A stretch of 64,000 nt of DNA, from the NCBI GenBank assembly GCA_032128875.1, contig JAVLKG010000001.1:352001-416000 (forward strand), in the 5' to 3' direction. Source of the stretch: Candidatus Melainabacteria bacterium 17Bon1m (GTDB taxonomy: Bacteria > Cyanobacteriota > Vampirovibrionia > Obscuribacterales > Obscuribacteraceae). The translations under genes and the position numbers were made by a program. The notes under the pieces are model-generated. The model was not told the origin of the DNA. It was given only the letters and a program-made list of their open reading frames with translations, and made no database searches. Of the stretch, positions 19,401-28,882 are shown in pieces. How positions within the stretch are numbered: the first letter of the stretch is position 1; the number at the start of each line of letters is the position of its first letter.

Positions 19401-20140
19401 TTTACATCTCTGAAATAGCATCTCCCTGTGTTGAGCATGCTGATGAAAAGTTTTGTCATTATTCCAGCATCTTGATCCGCTGTTCCATACGAATAATTAT
19501 TGAAAAATGTGTTGAGCATAGTTGCAATCAGCTTATCGTCGACATTGCCATACTCCTCGATCTGGTATAAGACGTCATCATGCGAAATTTCGATTAGTGT
19601 TGGCCCTCTTTTATTTGCCTTCGCATAATAAATTGTGGGAGTGAGGTCGTATTCAAGATTGTCCGGTGAATTCAATATGTAGACGAGATTGCTCTTATCG
19701 TCGATATCTGGCGAATCTTTTGTTTTTTTAGCGCCCCGAGCGGCAATATTGAGCTCATGTAGCCAAGCAACAGTTTTTGCAGTCAAAAAATGTCCTTCAG
19801 GAGTTACAAACTTACCGGTATCTTCGCCATCAAAACCAAATATCTGACCAGCAGTTAGAAGCATCGCCGCAGAATGCTTGCAGTCATAATTGACTGGACA
19901 AGTACACTGACTTGTATATATGACCCATCCAGATTTCCGTTTTGAGAACCGAACACGCACTAAGTAAGGCTTTTTCTTCGAGCCTCGGACATAAGCACTG
20001 ATGCTTGGCATCGCGATGTCGAAGGTATCTACAAGAACTCTGTTTTCCAGGGCATAGACTTCGCCCCGACCGAAAGTTGCGGAGTCGAAATATTCCGCCA
20101 GCTGAGCGCGGCTGATAGGAAGTTGCCTCTTGGCTGGCAT
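16469..20140 (-). CDS. SWIM zinc finger plus SNF2-family helicase/ATPase
   Basis: CTCPVNYDCKH; LADDMGLGKT, LDEAQ, LTGTPVEN, QATDRAHRIGQ. Confidence 0.96.
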   Translation of the reverse strand: MPAKRQLPISRAQLAEYFDSATFGRGEVYALENRVLVDTFDIAMPSISAYVRGSKKKPYLVRVRFSKRKSGWVIYTSQCTCPVNYDCKHSAAMLLTAGQIFGFDGEDTGKFVTPEGHFLTAKTVAWLHELNIAARGAKKTKDSPDIDDKSNLVYILNSPDNLEYDLTPTIYYAKANKRGPTLIEISHDDVLYQIEEYGNVDDKLIATMLNTFFNNYSYGTADQDAGIMTKLFISMLNTGRCYFRDVNEPPLKLGHPLAASVSWTLLPSGRQKPAITVDKSNILAFLDPHPWYVDTANWESGPLKLPIAASVIEVLLDAPELEPTETAAVRTALKRFLPDDEAALPIDNFERRTVDRDPVKKLILQSKTVTYADDTLLRRGFAFGHKAPYVAAVFDYGVPGIDLESNNKQISSIEGNVITIINRNLEMERSAIRQLQQSGLEALPNYIRPSDKLLFIPSVAANEKVITATTWFRFLKSQLPKLQESGWTVEIDPSFTVESVEAEDEWSSEVEDNGSWWFSLEIGIEVEGERIPLLPILLDALRRAPFVFTPDDLDSLNVDGKFYAPLEDGRHVALPFERVKDLLSVILDIFDRSAQADEISINPWQAADLANIGITFENQTRLNELAKRVKSFKGISALEAPPEFQATLRDYQKEGLGWLNFIREFESGGILADDMGLGKTVQTLCHILIEKTEGRLDYPALIVCPTSVLPNWVNEAKKFTPTLRVLALYGADRQNNFGEVYEHDIVVTTYALLHRDKHQLAKRNWHVVVLDEAQFIRNPGTLAAQSAFQLQANYRICLTGTPVENHLGDLWSQFHFLIPGYLGDQKNFGSFFRQPIEKHGDRTRQAILSQRVRPFLLRRTKTEVAKELPAKTVMIESVQLDGAQRDLYETVRLTMHEKVKEEILLKGFKRSQIAILEALLRLRQVCCDPRLIGTKFNHKAKDSSKLRRVLDMVTELVDEGRKILIFSQFTSMLDIIAAELQALKIDFVQIRGDTKDRAEPVRKFQAGEVPVFLLSLKAGGTGLNLTAADTVIHYDPWWNPAVENQATDRAHRIGQTKPVFVYKAIAAGTIEERMLQLQEKKKVLAEGIFDEKKAASINITEQELEFLFRPLSDDSTVEESVASYLSNGLTDPQILHLPVDEGDPPQDEKQEVIEVKKSVKRESKALAPKENGAKKEPPDNRTESSDKQTAKNSVDPFIEALRKQGLSVEDIAAGEFMKKRMRK

Positions 20141-20341
20141 CTTGTATTCCCCCGAATGCAGCTATTGTATTTCCCGCGGCAAAAACTAGTGTGAGTTGCC
20201 GCTTTTTTATAGACGACTCCGCCTCAAAAAAAGTTCAAACCGCCCCCAAAGTTGGTTCAGGGTTAACCCTATTACCGTCCTAAACGGCATCCCCAATGAT
20301 GGGGATGGTTGATCTTTCTCAGTGCGCGAGGGAGTTGGATT

Positions 20342-21286
20342 ATGAATCCTATGCGTTCACTGTTTCTCTCGATTTCGAGAATTCCGCCCGCAATGATGTT
20401 GTTGATTATTGTGGGCTTGGCGTCACTGGTCACATTTCAAGTCAGCAGCTATGTAAATGGTACGAAAAATAAGTACGATGACGAGCTCAATCGTCTGAAA
20501 GAGGCTCAGGCAGCCAAAGGAAAGGTTGTCTACGCAATTAGAGATATTCCAGAAGGTATGGCAATCTCAATGGAAGCTCTCGAAGAAAGAGAGTTGGAAG
20601 TCGGAAAGATTCCTGTGGACAGCGTGTCGAATGCAAGTCTTGTGGCTGGTCGCATCAGCAAGTTTGGCATTGCCTCGGGACAGTTGCTCTCGCAACATGA
20701 CCTGGCACCACAAGGAATGTCGCTCGGATTTGAAGCGCGTCTTATGCAAGGCATGCGCGCCGTCACGTTCGCAGTTGATACCAATAGTGGCGTAGCTGGA
20801 TTCTTGAATCCGGAAAGTCATGTTGATGTGCTTGCTATGGTTGGTGCTGGCGCTGAAACAAAGGCTTCACCGATTCTCTCCGATATCGAAGTAATTGCGG
20901 TTGGTCAAACATATCAGCGTCAACCCGGTCAGCAAGCGGCGACACCGGCAAGTTCGGTTACTGTAGCTGTCACTCCGGAAGATGCGCAGAAGCTCGTCAA
21001 AGCGGTCGCAGCAAGCAAGTTGTATCTGTCCTTGCGTAATGAGAAAGACCACCAACCTATCGCAACGGTTGATGTAACCTCGCTTTTCGCCAAGCCGGTC
21101 AAAGCCGATCCGAATATTGCCATGCTGCCGGGTCCGAGCAGTTTGACGATTCCTGAACCACCAGCTCTGACGGGCTTAGGCAACTCAGGCGAATCATCCG
21201 CTGCAATTGCGCCTCCCAAGCCGCCTCACGAGATTGAAGTTTGGGCTGGCGGTCGCAAGGACGTGGTCTCAGTTCCTGTCAAATAG
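20342..21286 (+). CDS. cpaB: Flp pilus assembly protein CpaB/RcpC (SAF domain)
   Basis: N-terminal TM; VVYAIRDIPEG; GMRAVTFAVD..GVAGFLNPESHVDV; VTVAVTPEDAQKL..LYLSLR; start 20342 behind GGGAG. Confidence 0.9.
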   Translation: MNPMRSLFLSISRIPPAMMLLIIVGLASLVTFQVSSYVNGTKNKYDDELNRLKEAQAAKGKVVYAIRDIPEGMAISMEALEERELEVGKIPVDSVSNASLVAGRISKFGIASGQLLSQHDLAPQGMSLGFEARLMQGMRAVTFAVDTNSGVAGFLNPESHVDVLAMVGAGAETKASPILSDIEVIAVGQTYQRQPGQQAATPASSVTVAVTPEDAQKLVKAVAASKLYLSLRNEKDHQPIATVDVTSLFAKPVKADPNIAMLPGPSSLTIPEPPALTGLGNSGESSAAIAPPKPPHEIEVWAGGRKDVVSVPVK

Positions 21287-21336
21287 TGGGATTTGGCAGA
21301 AACACCTGAGAGTCGCGCTTCGATTGCTTTAAGGAA

Positions 21337-21367
21337 AGCAGGAGTCGGACCCGGTCCGGCTCCTGTT
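21337..21367. terminator. hairpin between convergent genes
   Basis: AGCAGGAGTCGGAC-CCG-GTCCGGCTCCTGTT. Confidence 0.65.
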
Positions 21368-21730
21368 CTATAGTTTTTTGAAATTTCCGAACCTGGCGAC
21401 AAGCGCCGCCACAGCTTCTTTGACTTCCTTGCCTTTAACCAGAGCCGGAATTTCGTTGTCTTTGTCCAACTGTTTGAGCGCCTCCTCGGCTTTCTCTCTA
21501 ACCTGCTGCACCGGATGACCCTTGGCGACGACGTAGAGGGGCGGGATGCTAATTTCGCGTTTTTCCTTGGCTAGCTGCTCGATAGAAATCATCGCAGCCG
21601 TAGGGTCGTTGCTTTTAAGCCCGCCAATGGTCATTTTGAACGTCACTGAGTCCAGTTTCGCTATAAAGCCCTTGGTTGCGCCTTTCACCGCTTCTTCGAC
21701 CATTTGCAATTGACTTAAGAAATCCGACAC
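21368..21730 (-). CDS. hypothetical protein, HEAT-like helices
   Basis: 120 aa ORF; HPVQQVREKAEEAL resembles a HEAT repeat. Confidence 0.75.
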   Translation of the reverse strand: MSDFLSQLQMVEEAVKGATKGFIAKLDSVTFKMTIGGLKSNDPTAAMISIEQLAKEKREISIPPLYVVAKGHPVQQVREKAEEALKQLDKDNEIPALVKGKEVKEAVAALVARFGNFKKL

Positions 21731-22010
21731 GCCGCCCCCTTGTCTAGCCTGGTCTCCGCGAATTTAATATGCATTCTATGCGCTTTATTCCCCGTCGGGT
21801 GGCAGTTGTTTAGATGCCAAACCCTTGGATGTTCCAGGCGTGGATTCGGAATTGGCGCCCGCTCTCATCGGAGCCCAATCAGATACAAACTTTTAGGTAA
21901 AAAATGCTGCCAGACCGTACCGAGGGGAGAAATCTCGGCCCTAAATGGGGTATTAATTGGAATAGATATTACATAACTTTTGTCTCTTCATCTGACCGGG
22001 TGAAATATCG

Positions 22011-23270
22011 ATGAACGAAGGAAGAAACGCAAAACGCGCCTCTGTTTACAGCCGAGCTTTTCTTAGAACTGCGGCGGTGGTGCTGCTGGCTTTCAACACA
22101 GTGCCCGTTGTACATGCAGCCGGACCCGTAAATGAAACAGCTTTGCGCAGCGCATGGGCGCTGTACACGCAGCAAAAGTATCGAGAGTCCTCGGACGCGT
22201 TTGAAGCCTTAATTGCTTCATCCACTCCCAATGCCCGGTTGTATTATTATGCAGCTCTCGCGCATCGCGCTAGTAATCGAACCGCGCGTGCTAAGCAACT
22301 TTGCCAATACATCACATCTACGTTCCCTAGTGCTCCAGAAGCAGCTTTCGCACAGAAGCTCTTTCCAGGCAGCGCGCCAACTTCAACAGCTTCAGCATCT
22401 GGCGCTGATCCCGTACCTGATTCTCTCAAAGGCAAATCGACCGAAGAAATGTTGAAGTCCGAAGAAGGTAGGAGATATGTCGCTGAGCAGCTCGCCAAAA
22501 AAGAGTCTGGCGCAGGTTCGAGGCTCCAAGAAGTTTCGCCTATGTTAGCGAAATGGAAAGAGAGTGGAAAACCTGGAGCACGCGTCTTCACTGCGGCTGA
22601 TATTGCTAAGGAAGGAGCAAACGGTATCGACCAAATGTACTATCCGAATTGCTGGTTTGAAAGCACGATGTCGACTCTCGCACAGTTGCCGCGTGGACAA
22701 AGATTGATGGCGGATATGGTCAGTTATGGTCACAAGGAAGGAACTTATGTAGTGCGCTTTCCAGGTGACGGGCGCATCTACAACATTGACGAAAAACTAT
22801 TGGAAGACAAGAAAATTCACAACAAAGCTCTTTGGGCAACATTGATTGAGTGTGGTCAGGTTTTGAAATTCCCATCGGACAATGGCAATCTGCTGTCTGA
22901 AGGCTTGTCTACATTGACAGGTCAAAAGTCACAATCCCTCGATCCTGAAGACGCATCAGAACAAGAGCTGTCTTCTTTTATAGATGGTGCAGTCAAGTCT
23001 CAGAATCCAATCATTTGTGCAACGCACAATGGAATTCCTGCTGGCATGCCTTATATCGTAGAGACAAATCACGCATACACCATTATTGGTTTTGAACCAT
23101 CGAGCGGCATGATCGTCATTAGAAATCCGCACGGCGCCAACTCACGTCGTTTTGCTCTGAAAAACGATCCGCGTCACGAGAAATTTGAAATGATGGACGA
23201 TGGTGTTTTCAGAATACATATGTCCCTTTTCAAAAAGTATTTTGATGAGGTCGCCAGAGCGAACATCTGA
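22011..23270 (+). CDS. exported TPR plus calpain-like (C2) cysteine protease, triad intact
   Basis: Signal peptide; TPR-like N-terminus; IDQMYYPNCWF (Gln, Cys), NHAYTIIG (His), IRNPHG (Asn). Confidence 0.85.
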   Translation: MNEGRNAKRASVYSRAFLRTAAVVLLAFNTVPVVHAAGPVNETALRSAWALYTQQKYRESSDAFEALIASSTPNARLYYYAALAHRASNRTARAKQLCQYITSTFPSAPEAAFAQKLFPGSAPTSTASASGADPVPDSLKGKSTEEMLKSEEGRRYVAEQLAKKESGAGSRLQEVSPMLAKWKESGKPGARVFTAADIAKEGANGIDQMYYPNCWFESTMSTLAQLPRGQRLMADMVSYGHKEGTYVVRFPGDGRIYNIDEKLLEDKKIHNKALWATLIECGQVLKFPSDNGNLLSEGLSTLTGQKSQSLDPEDASEQELSSFIDGAVKSQNPIICATHNGIPAGMPYIVETNHAYTIIGFEPSSGMIVIRNPHGANSRRFALKNDPRHEKFEMMDDGVFRIHMSLFKKYFDEVARANI

Positions 23271-23274
23271 TTTT

Positions 23275-24483
23275 ATGAAACATGTCAAGCCTAGCGTACT
23301 AGCCATTTCGCTGTTGGTGGTGCATTCTTGCAGCTACGCACTAGCTTCCGGGCCCGCAGATGAAGCGGCAATTCGTAATGCGTATTTGCTATACACACAG
23401 AATAAATTCGTTCCGGCAGCAGATGCGTTCGAGACACTAATCAGAACGTCGACGCCGAGTTCGCGCCTCTACTACTACGCTGCTGCTGCAAATAAAGCTG
23501 CCGGCAGAATTCCGCGTGCTCAGCAACTCTGCCAATACATCACTACAAATTTTTCCAGTAGTCCGGAGGCTGTGCACGCGCAGCAACTGTTTCAGAGTGC
23601 CTCCGCAACAGCTGCTGGTACAGGTCCAGTTCCAGTTAAGGGACTGCCAGAGCATTTAAAAGGAAAAAGTATCGATGAACTGATGGAGACAGAAGAGGGC
23701 CGCATGGCACTGAAGACGGCGATGGCAAGCGTGCCAGCCAGCGGAGCTAGATCTACCGGTATTTCTAAAACACCTCAGTCTATATCCAAAGCTCCCCGAC
23801 CGCGTGATGCTGCATTTACTGCTGAGATTATTGCAGCTGAGGGCGCCGATGGAATTATTCCTTTTATTAAGAAACCTGATGCTGGTTTGGAGTGCTCGAT
23901 GGCCGCGATGGCACTTTTGCCGCGGGGAAGGGAGATTCTCGCTGACATGATTCGCTGTCCCAGTTCGCAAGACATTTACATTGTTCGCTTTCCCAACAGC
24001 GCAACCGATTATCAGATTACGCCGGAGAAAATCGAGTCTTATCATATGAAGGACAAGGCACTCTGGGCGACCCTTATTCATGCGGCTGCACGCGAGAATC
24101 CCGCTTATAATCTCGAGCAGGGTCTTTCGATGATGACTGGACATCCCGCGGAGAAAATATTTGCAAGCAGTACCAGTGAGGCCGTTTTGGCTCTTTTCAT
24201 TGGCGATGCGGTACGAAATCAGCATCCTGTCGTCTGTCTATCCACAGATAAAGTTCCTAAGCCCGAACTAGTCGAAGAATTCGCTGGATACACCATTACG
24301 GGATTTGACTCAGCAAGTGGAATGGTGACGTTGAGAAACCCACATGCAGGAAACTCCAGGCGTTTTCGTTTGGAAGAAGATCCGCATCGCAAGAAATTTG
24401 AACAAATGAACGACGGATACTTTAAAATGCATATTTCCTTATTTCCTAAATACTTCAAGGAAGTAGCTCGCTCTCCACTCTAA
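23275..24483 (+). CDS. exported TPR plus calpain-like pseudoprotease (paralog; Cys and His lost)
   Basis: Colinear with upstream gene; PNCWFE->PDAGLE, TNHAYT->EFAGYT, RNPH kept; start at MKHVKP. Confidence 0.85.
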   Translation: MKHVKPSVLAISLLVVHSCSYALASGPADEAAIRNAYLLYTQNKFVPAADAFETLIRTSTPSSRLYYYAAAANKAAGRIPRAQQLCQYITTNFSSSPEAVHAQQLFQSASATAAGTGPVPVKGLPEHLKGKSIDELMETEEGRMALKTAMASVPASGARSTGISKTPQSISKAPRPRDAAFTAEIIAAEGADGIIPFIKKPDAGLECSMAAMALLPRGREILADMIRCPSSQDIYIVRFPNSATDYQITPEKIESYHMKDKALWATLIHAAARENPAYNLEQGLSMMTGHPAEKIFASSTSEAVLALFIGDAVRNQHPVVCLSTDKVPKPELVEEFAGYTITGFDSASGMVTLRNPHAGNSRRFRLEEDPHRKKFEQMNDGYFKMHISLFPKYFKEVARSPL

Positions 24484-26643
24484 ATGCCTAACGACCCAGA
24501 CAACGCTGCTTCCGATCCTGCCAACTTTTCGTCTGCCTCAGGAGCAGAGCTTTCGCCTGGCACCATAATCAATGACACTTACAAAGTTGTTTCGCTCATA
24601 GGCAGAGGCGGAATGGGCGCGGTCTATCGCGTTCATCAGGAGATGCTCGGAAAAGATTTCGCCATCAAAGTATTGGACTTGCAACAGACGACTGATGTTG
24701 CGGTGCGACGGTTTCAACAGGAGGCGCGTACTGCCTCTCAATTGCAGCATCCCAATCTTGTCGAGGTGCATGACTTTGGCATGTTTGGTGATGACCAACC
24801 TTTTCTTGTGATGGATCTCGTTGAAGGTGTTTCACTCTCGGAGATTTTGAAAAAGAAAGGTTCACTTCCTGTTGAATTTGTTGTAGGGATGAGCATACAA
24901 ATTTGTTTTGGTTTGATGTATGCGCACGAAAAGGGCGTGGTGCACCGCGATATAAAACCGGGCAATATCATGCTCTTACATCCTGATGAACAGTCCCGAG
25001 AAGGAACAGTAAAGATTGTCGATTTTGGTATTGCAAAGTTAGTTCAATCAGAAAGCGGAGAGATCCAAACACTCACGAAGACTGGTGAGATATTTGGAAG
25101 CCCTTTGTACATGAGTCCGGAGCAATGCAAGGGCGATCCGGTGGACAGGCGTTCGGACATTTATTCTCTAGGGTGCGTAATGTTCGAATGTCTCACAGGA
25201 TCGCCGCCATTCTTTGGCGACACTGCGATGTCTACCATGATGAAGCGCTTGTCAGAGCCACCTGTTAGCCTGAAGGAAGGCTCTTTGGGACGTGATTTCC
25301 CTCCTGGGTTGGAAAATACAGTTCGCAAGATGCTGGCGATTGAACCCAACGATCGGTACCAGGATCTTAGTGCGGTTATTAAAGACTTGATGGCTGTACA
25401 ACGTTCAGACTCTAGCGCAACTGCAGTTGAAACGGTAGCGGAAGCCGACAAGCGTGACCGCCGCGGTGAGTTTGTTGTGATGCTTGTCGTGTTGGCACTT
25501 TTGTCTGTCGTTGGCACATTAGCCGTTGATGCGTATGTGATTTTCCCGCAGATGGCGAAAGAGGAAATTGCTCAACAAAAGTTGGCTGAAGATCGAGCCA
25601 AATATGGAAAAAAGATCTCTGCAGAGGAGGCAAGCGCTAAACAGGCGGCTGAGAAAAAGGCGCTCATTGATGACTCGGAGAAGGCGAAGCTTAGTCTTCA
25701 GAAAGTATTGAATCAGCAGGATGCACAATATCCTTATTTGATTACTGAGAAAACTCCGAACGGCGCGAAGCAGTTTATTGTCTTTCCTTTTGACATTGGT
25801 GTCATATCTATTGACTTTGAGTATCCTGGGCGAAGGGCGTTTCAAAAAATTGAACTGCCACCGAATTCGTCTATCGTGCTGAGATTGAACAAAGAACCCA
25901 GCACCGATCCTAGCCTTCTGAAAAATTTGACTCATCAGCATTTCGCTTCCATAGAATACGGAAGCACCGCGGGAGTGAATAGCAAGACTATAGAGATTCT
26001 TGAATTCATTCCATACTTGTCGGCATTGAAGCTCGAGGGCTCTGAAGTCGACTCTCTGCAGCCGATATACAAAAACACGGTATTGAATGGTCTTGAGGTC
26101 ATGAATACATTGGTACCTGTTTCTGAGCTCTTAAAGTTGCAACGTTTGAAGCACCTCCAGTATCTTACTTTTGGACCTACTGAAAATACCACCGCGCTTC
26201 TCAAGGAACTTGCGCGTCACAACACAATCGGCAGAATTCACTTTAAGCCGAGCGCGGCAAAGAAAAATGCAAAAGGCGAATACATCAAACAATTTGATGT
26301 CGCGACCTTATCGAAGTTGACAAATTTGCAAGGACTCGGGATCGAAAGTGCACTCACTTTTACAGATGAAGACCTTGAACAGCTGACGACGCTAAAAAAA
26401 CTGCGGGCGATTGTTCTTAGAAACACTGGCGTAACACCAAAATCTATTAACACATTTAAAAAGTTTCCACATCTCGAGCTAGTGAGAGTCTCGCGCGATA
26501 ATTGGCCAGATGCAGATCTGGCAAAACTGCGAAAAGTCGTGAAAAAACTTGAGGTCTCTGGAAGCCGGCAAGATATGCGTGACGTCTTAAAAAGAGACTT
26601 TCCCGATCTCGGGCGACAACTGCAGACGGATCCCAGGTTTTGA
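24484..26643 (+). CDS. Ser/Thr kinase, TM, LRR-like extracytoplasmic domain
   Basis: GRGGMG, AIK, HRDIKPGN, DFG, SPE; TM; LxxLxxLxxL repeats. Confidence 0.93.
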   Translation: MPNDPDNAASDPANFSSASGAELSPGTIINDTYKVVSLIGRGGMGAVYRVHQEMLGKDFAIKVLDLQQTTDVAVRRFQQEARTASQLQHPNLVEVHDFGMFGDDQPFLVMDLVEGVSLSEILKKKGSLPVEFVVGMSIQICFGLMYAHEKGVVHRDIKPGNIMLLHPDEQSREGTVKIVDFGIAKLVQSESGEIQTLTKTGEIFGSPLYMSPEQCKGDPVDRRSDIYSLGCVMFECLTGSPPFFGDTAMSTMMKRLSEPPVSLKEGSLGRDFPPGLENTVRKMLAIEPNDRYQDLSAVIKDLMAVQRSDSSATAVETVAEADKRDRRGEFVVMLVVLALLSVVGTLAVDAYVIFPQMAKEEIAQQKLAEDRAKYGKKISAEEASAKQAAEKKALIDDSEKAKLSLQKVLNQQDAQYPYLITEKTPNGAKQFIVFPFDIGVISIDFEYPGRRAFQKIELPPNSSIVLRLNKEPSTDPSLLKNLTHQHFASIEYGSTAGVNSKTIEILEFIPYLSALKLEGSEVDSLQPIYKNTVLNGLEVMNTLVPVSELLKLQRLKHLQYLTFGPTENTTALLKELARHNTIGRIHFKPSAAKKNAKGEYIKQFDVATLSKLTNLQGLGIESALTFTDEDLEQLTTLKKLRAIVLRNTGVTPKSINTFKKFPHLELVRVSRDNWPDADLAKLRKVVKKLEVSGSRQDMRDVLKRDFPDLGRQLQTDPRF

Positions 26644-28760
26644 GCGTGCAAGAAGATCAAGACAGCACAGTCTCTCTCAACTCTTTCTCCGCGAAAGGGC
26701 AGGAGTTTGTGCCTGGAATCGTGGTTGACGATAAGTATCAAGTCGTCTCATTGCTCGGCAAGGGCGGAATGGGCTCGGTGTATCGCGTTCACCAAATTTT
26801 CTTGGGTAAAGACTTTGCGCTAAAAGTTCTCGATTTGCACCAGCGAACGGAATTGTCCGAAAGAAGATTCAAGCAGGAGGCACGCACCGCATCACAGCTT
26901 CAACACCCAAATCTCGTAGGAGTGCATGGTTTTGGTGTTCTACCTGGAGAGCAACCATATTTGGTGATGGACCTTATTGAAGGTACTACGCTTTCAGACG
27001 TGCTCAAAGAAAAGCGCACACTACCGTACGAGTATGTGGTGCGCTTGGCTGTTCAACTCTGTTTCGGATTAATTTATGCACACGGCAAAAGTGTTGTTCA
27101 TCGCGATATTAAGCCCGGCAATATCATGCTGCTGCACCCTGAGCGTGAGCCTGCTGAAGGCTTGGTCAAAATTGTAGACTTCGGAATTGCAAAATTGACT
27201 CAAGCTGAAGATGGTGAAATTCAGTCTTTGACAAAAACCGGTGAAGTCTTTGGAAGTCCGCTTTATATGAGCCCTGAGCAGTGTAAAGGATCTGCCGTAG
27301 ACAAGCGATCGGATATTTATTCCTTGGGCTGCGTTATCTACGAATGTCTGACTGGTGTGCCACCATTCTTTGGCGAGACCGCAATGGCGACAATGATGAA
27401 GCGCTTATCCGAGCGTCCTGCTAGTTTGAAGGAAGCTACGTTGGGAGAGCAGTTTCCGGAGCTGCTTGAGAGAATTGTTCAAAAGATGTTAGCTACCGAG
27501 CCTGAAGATCGCTATCAGGATTTGAGCGCTGTTGTAAACGATTTAATGGCTTTGCAGCAACCAGAAGTTGGTATTGCTGTTTCTGCTGCACCATTAAAAC
27601 CTCAAGTCAAAAAAGAACTCAAACTATCGCGGAAGTTGTCGCTTGCTTTTGCGACTGTTCTCTTTGCTATAAGCGCAACTGCTGTCATTGATCGCGCTTA
27701 CGTTTATCCTCTTTATTTTGCCCCTTCAACGAAATCTATAAAGGACGGGTTCGTGCTGAACCCGTTGGGTAACGATAAAGGTCTTAGCAACGGTGAATCG
27801 GAAAAATTGCGCAGCTCAAGGACGGGCCGCAGCAATTTTGGCACTGATCCGCACGAGAACAGCCCACAATTGAGGATTGAAAAAGATGCATCAGGGGAAA
27901 ACAAACAGATTTTGTTTTTCCCTGATATCTATGGAAGTATCTCGGTTGGAGGCGAACGCGTTAAGGCGAACGGTGAAATGGTCGTGCCACCAAATGCGAA
28001 GATTTCATTCCGGATAAACGATGCCGCTGCAGCCAACGATCAAACGTTCAATAATTTGACTGGATTGAAGTTTCGAAGAATTGACTTCAATGGCAGCAAG
28101 CTAATTGACGACCGCTATATAAAAATTCTGCGAAGTATTCCTCATCTCGAACAAGTAGGACTTGAAGATACTGAGATTACAACTCTTGAGCCTTTGTACA
28201 ATTCCGACAAACTCAATCATTTGGAAGTAGGCAACACAAGAATTTCGGCAGATGAAATTTTGAAGATGAAGGGACTGAAGCGACTAAGCCTGATTTCATT
28301 CGGACCCATCCCAGATGCTTATCGCGTTTTTGACGCCCTCGTCCCATCCACTACGCTCAACAATGTCATTTACAAGGGAATAAGGCTACGTGATGAGACA
28401 AGAGGTCACGATCTCACCTCACGAGATATTACATCTCTAGCCAAGTTGACGAGTTTGCGCCACCTGACGATAAGCCGTTGTCCCAAGTTTAATGACGCAA
28501 GTTTGGCAAGACTTTTAAAGCTCAAAGATTTAAACAGCCTGATAGCCATTGATAGCGGACTGACACCCGCATGCATACCCACTCTTGCAAAGTTCAAGAA
28601 CTTGCAAGAAGTTTCGTTGACCACCAAAAACTGGCCGAAATCTGCTCTTGACACGTTGCGACAAAAATATAAATTTTCCCAACGCAAAACTCACGATGAG
28701 GAGCGGGAGGAGCGCAATGGAGGGATTGATGCGGTTCGTTCGTTCATCGACAAACAGTGA
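26640..28760 (+). CDS. Ser/Thr kinase, TM, LRR-like extracytoplasmic domain (paralog)
   Basis: Same kinase motifs; TTG start overlaps upstream stop (TTGA). Confidence 0.93.
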   Translation: MSVQEDQDSTVSLNSFSAKGQEFVPGIVVDDKYQVVSLLGKGGMGSVYRVHQIFLGKDFALKVLDLHQRTELSERRFKQEARTASQLQHPNLVGVHGFGVLPGEQPYLVMDLIEGTTLSDVLKEKRTLPYEYVVRLAVQLCFGLIYAHGKSVVHRDIKPGNIMLLHPEREPAEGLVKIVDFGIAKLTQAEDGEIQSLTKTGEVFGSPLYMSPEQCKGSAVDKRSDIYSLGCVIYECLTGVPPFFGETAMATMMKRLSERPASLKEATLGEQFPELLERIVQKMLATEPEDRYQDLSAVVNDLMALQQPEVGIAVSAAPLKPQVKKELKLSRKLSLAFATVLFAISATAVIDRAYVYPLYFAPSTKSIKDGFVLNPLGNDKGLSNGESEKLRSSRTGRSNFGTDPHENSPQLRIEKDASGENKQILFFPDIYGSISVGGERVKANGEMVVPPNAKISFRINDAAAANDQTFNNLTGLKFRRIDFNGSKLIDDRYIKILRSIPHLEQVGLEDTEITTLEPLYNSDKLNHLEVGNTRISADEILKMKGLKRLSLISFGPIPDAYRVFDALVPSTTLNNVIYKGIRLRDETRGHDLTSRDITSLAKLTSLRHLTISRCPKFNDASLARLLKLKDLNSLIAIDSGLTPACIPTLAKFKNLQEVSLTTKNWPKSALDTLRQKYKFSQRKTHDEEREERNGGIDAVRSFIDKQ

Positions 28761-28882
28761 ATGCTTGCCAAGCGAAAATGGCTGATGAACCGACTCGAGC
28801 AGGCTAATCCGTCTAATTCAGCCTAAATGGCCACTTTTGTGTTCTAATTTGGGACGGGACACTCCATCGGCGCCACTCCCAG

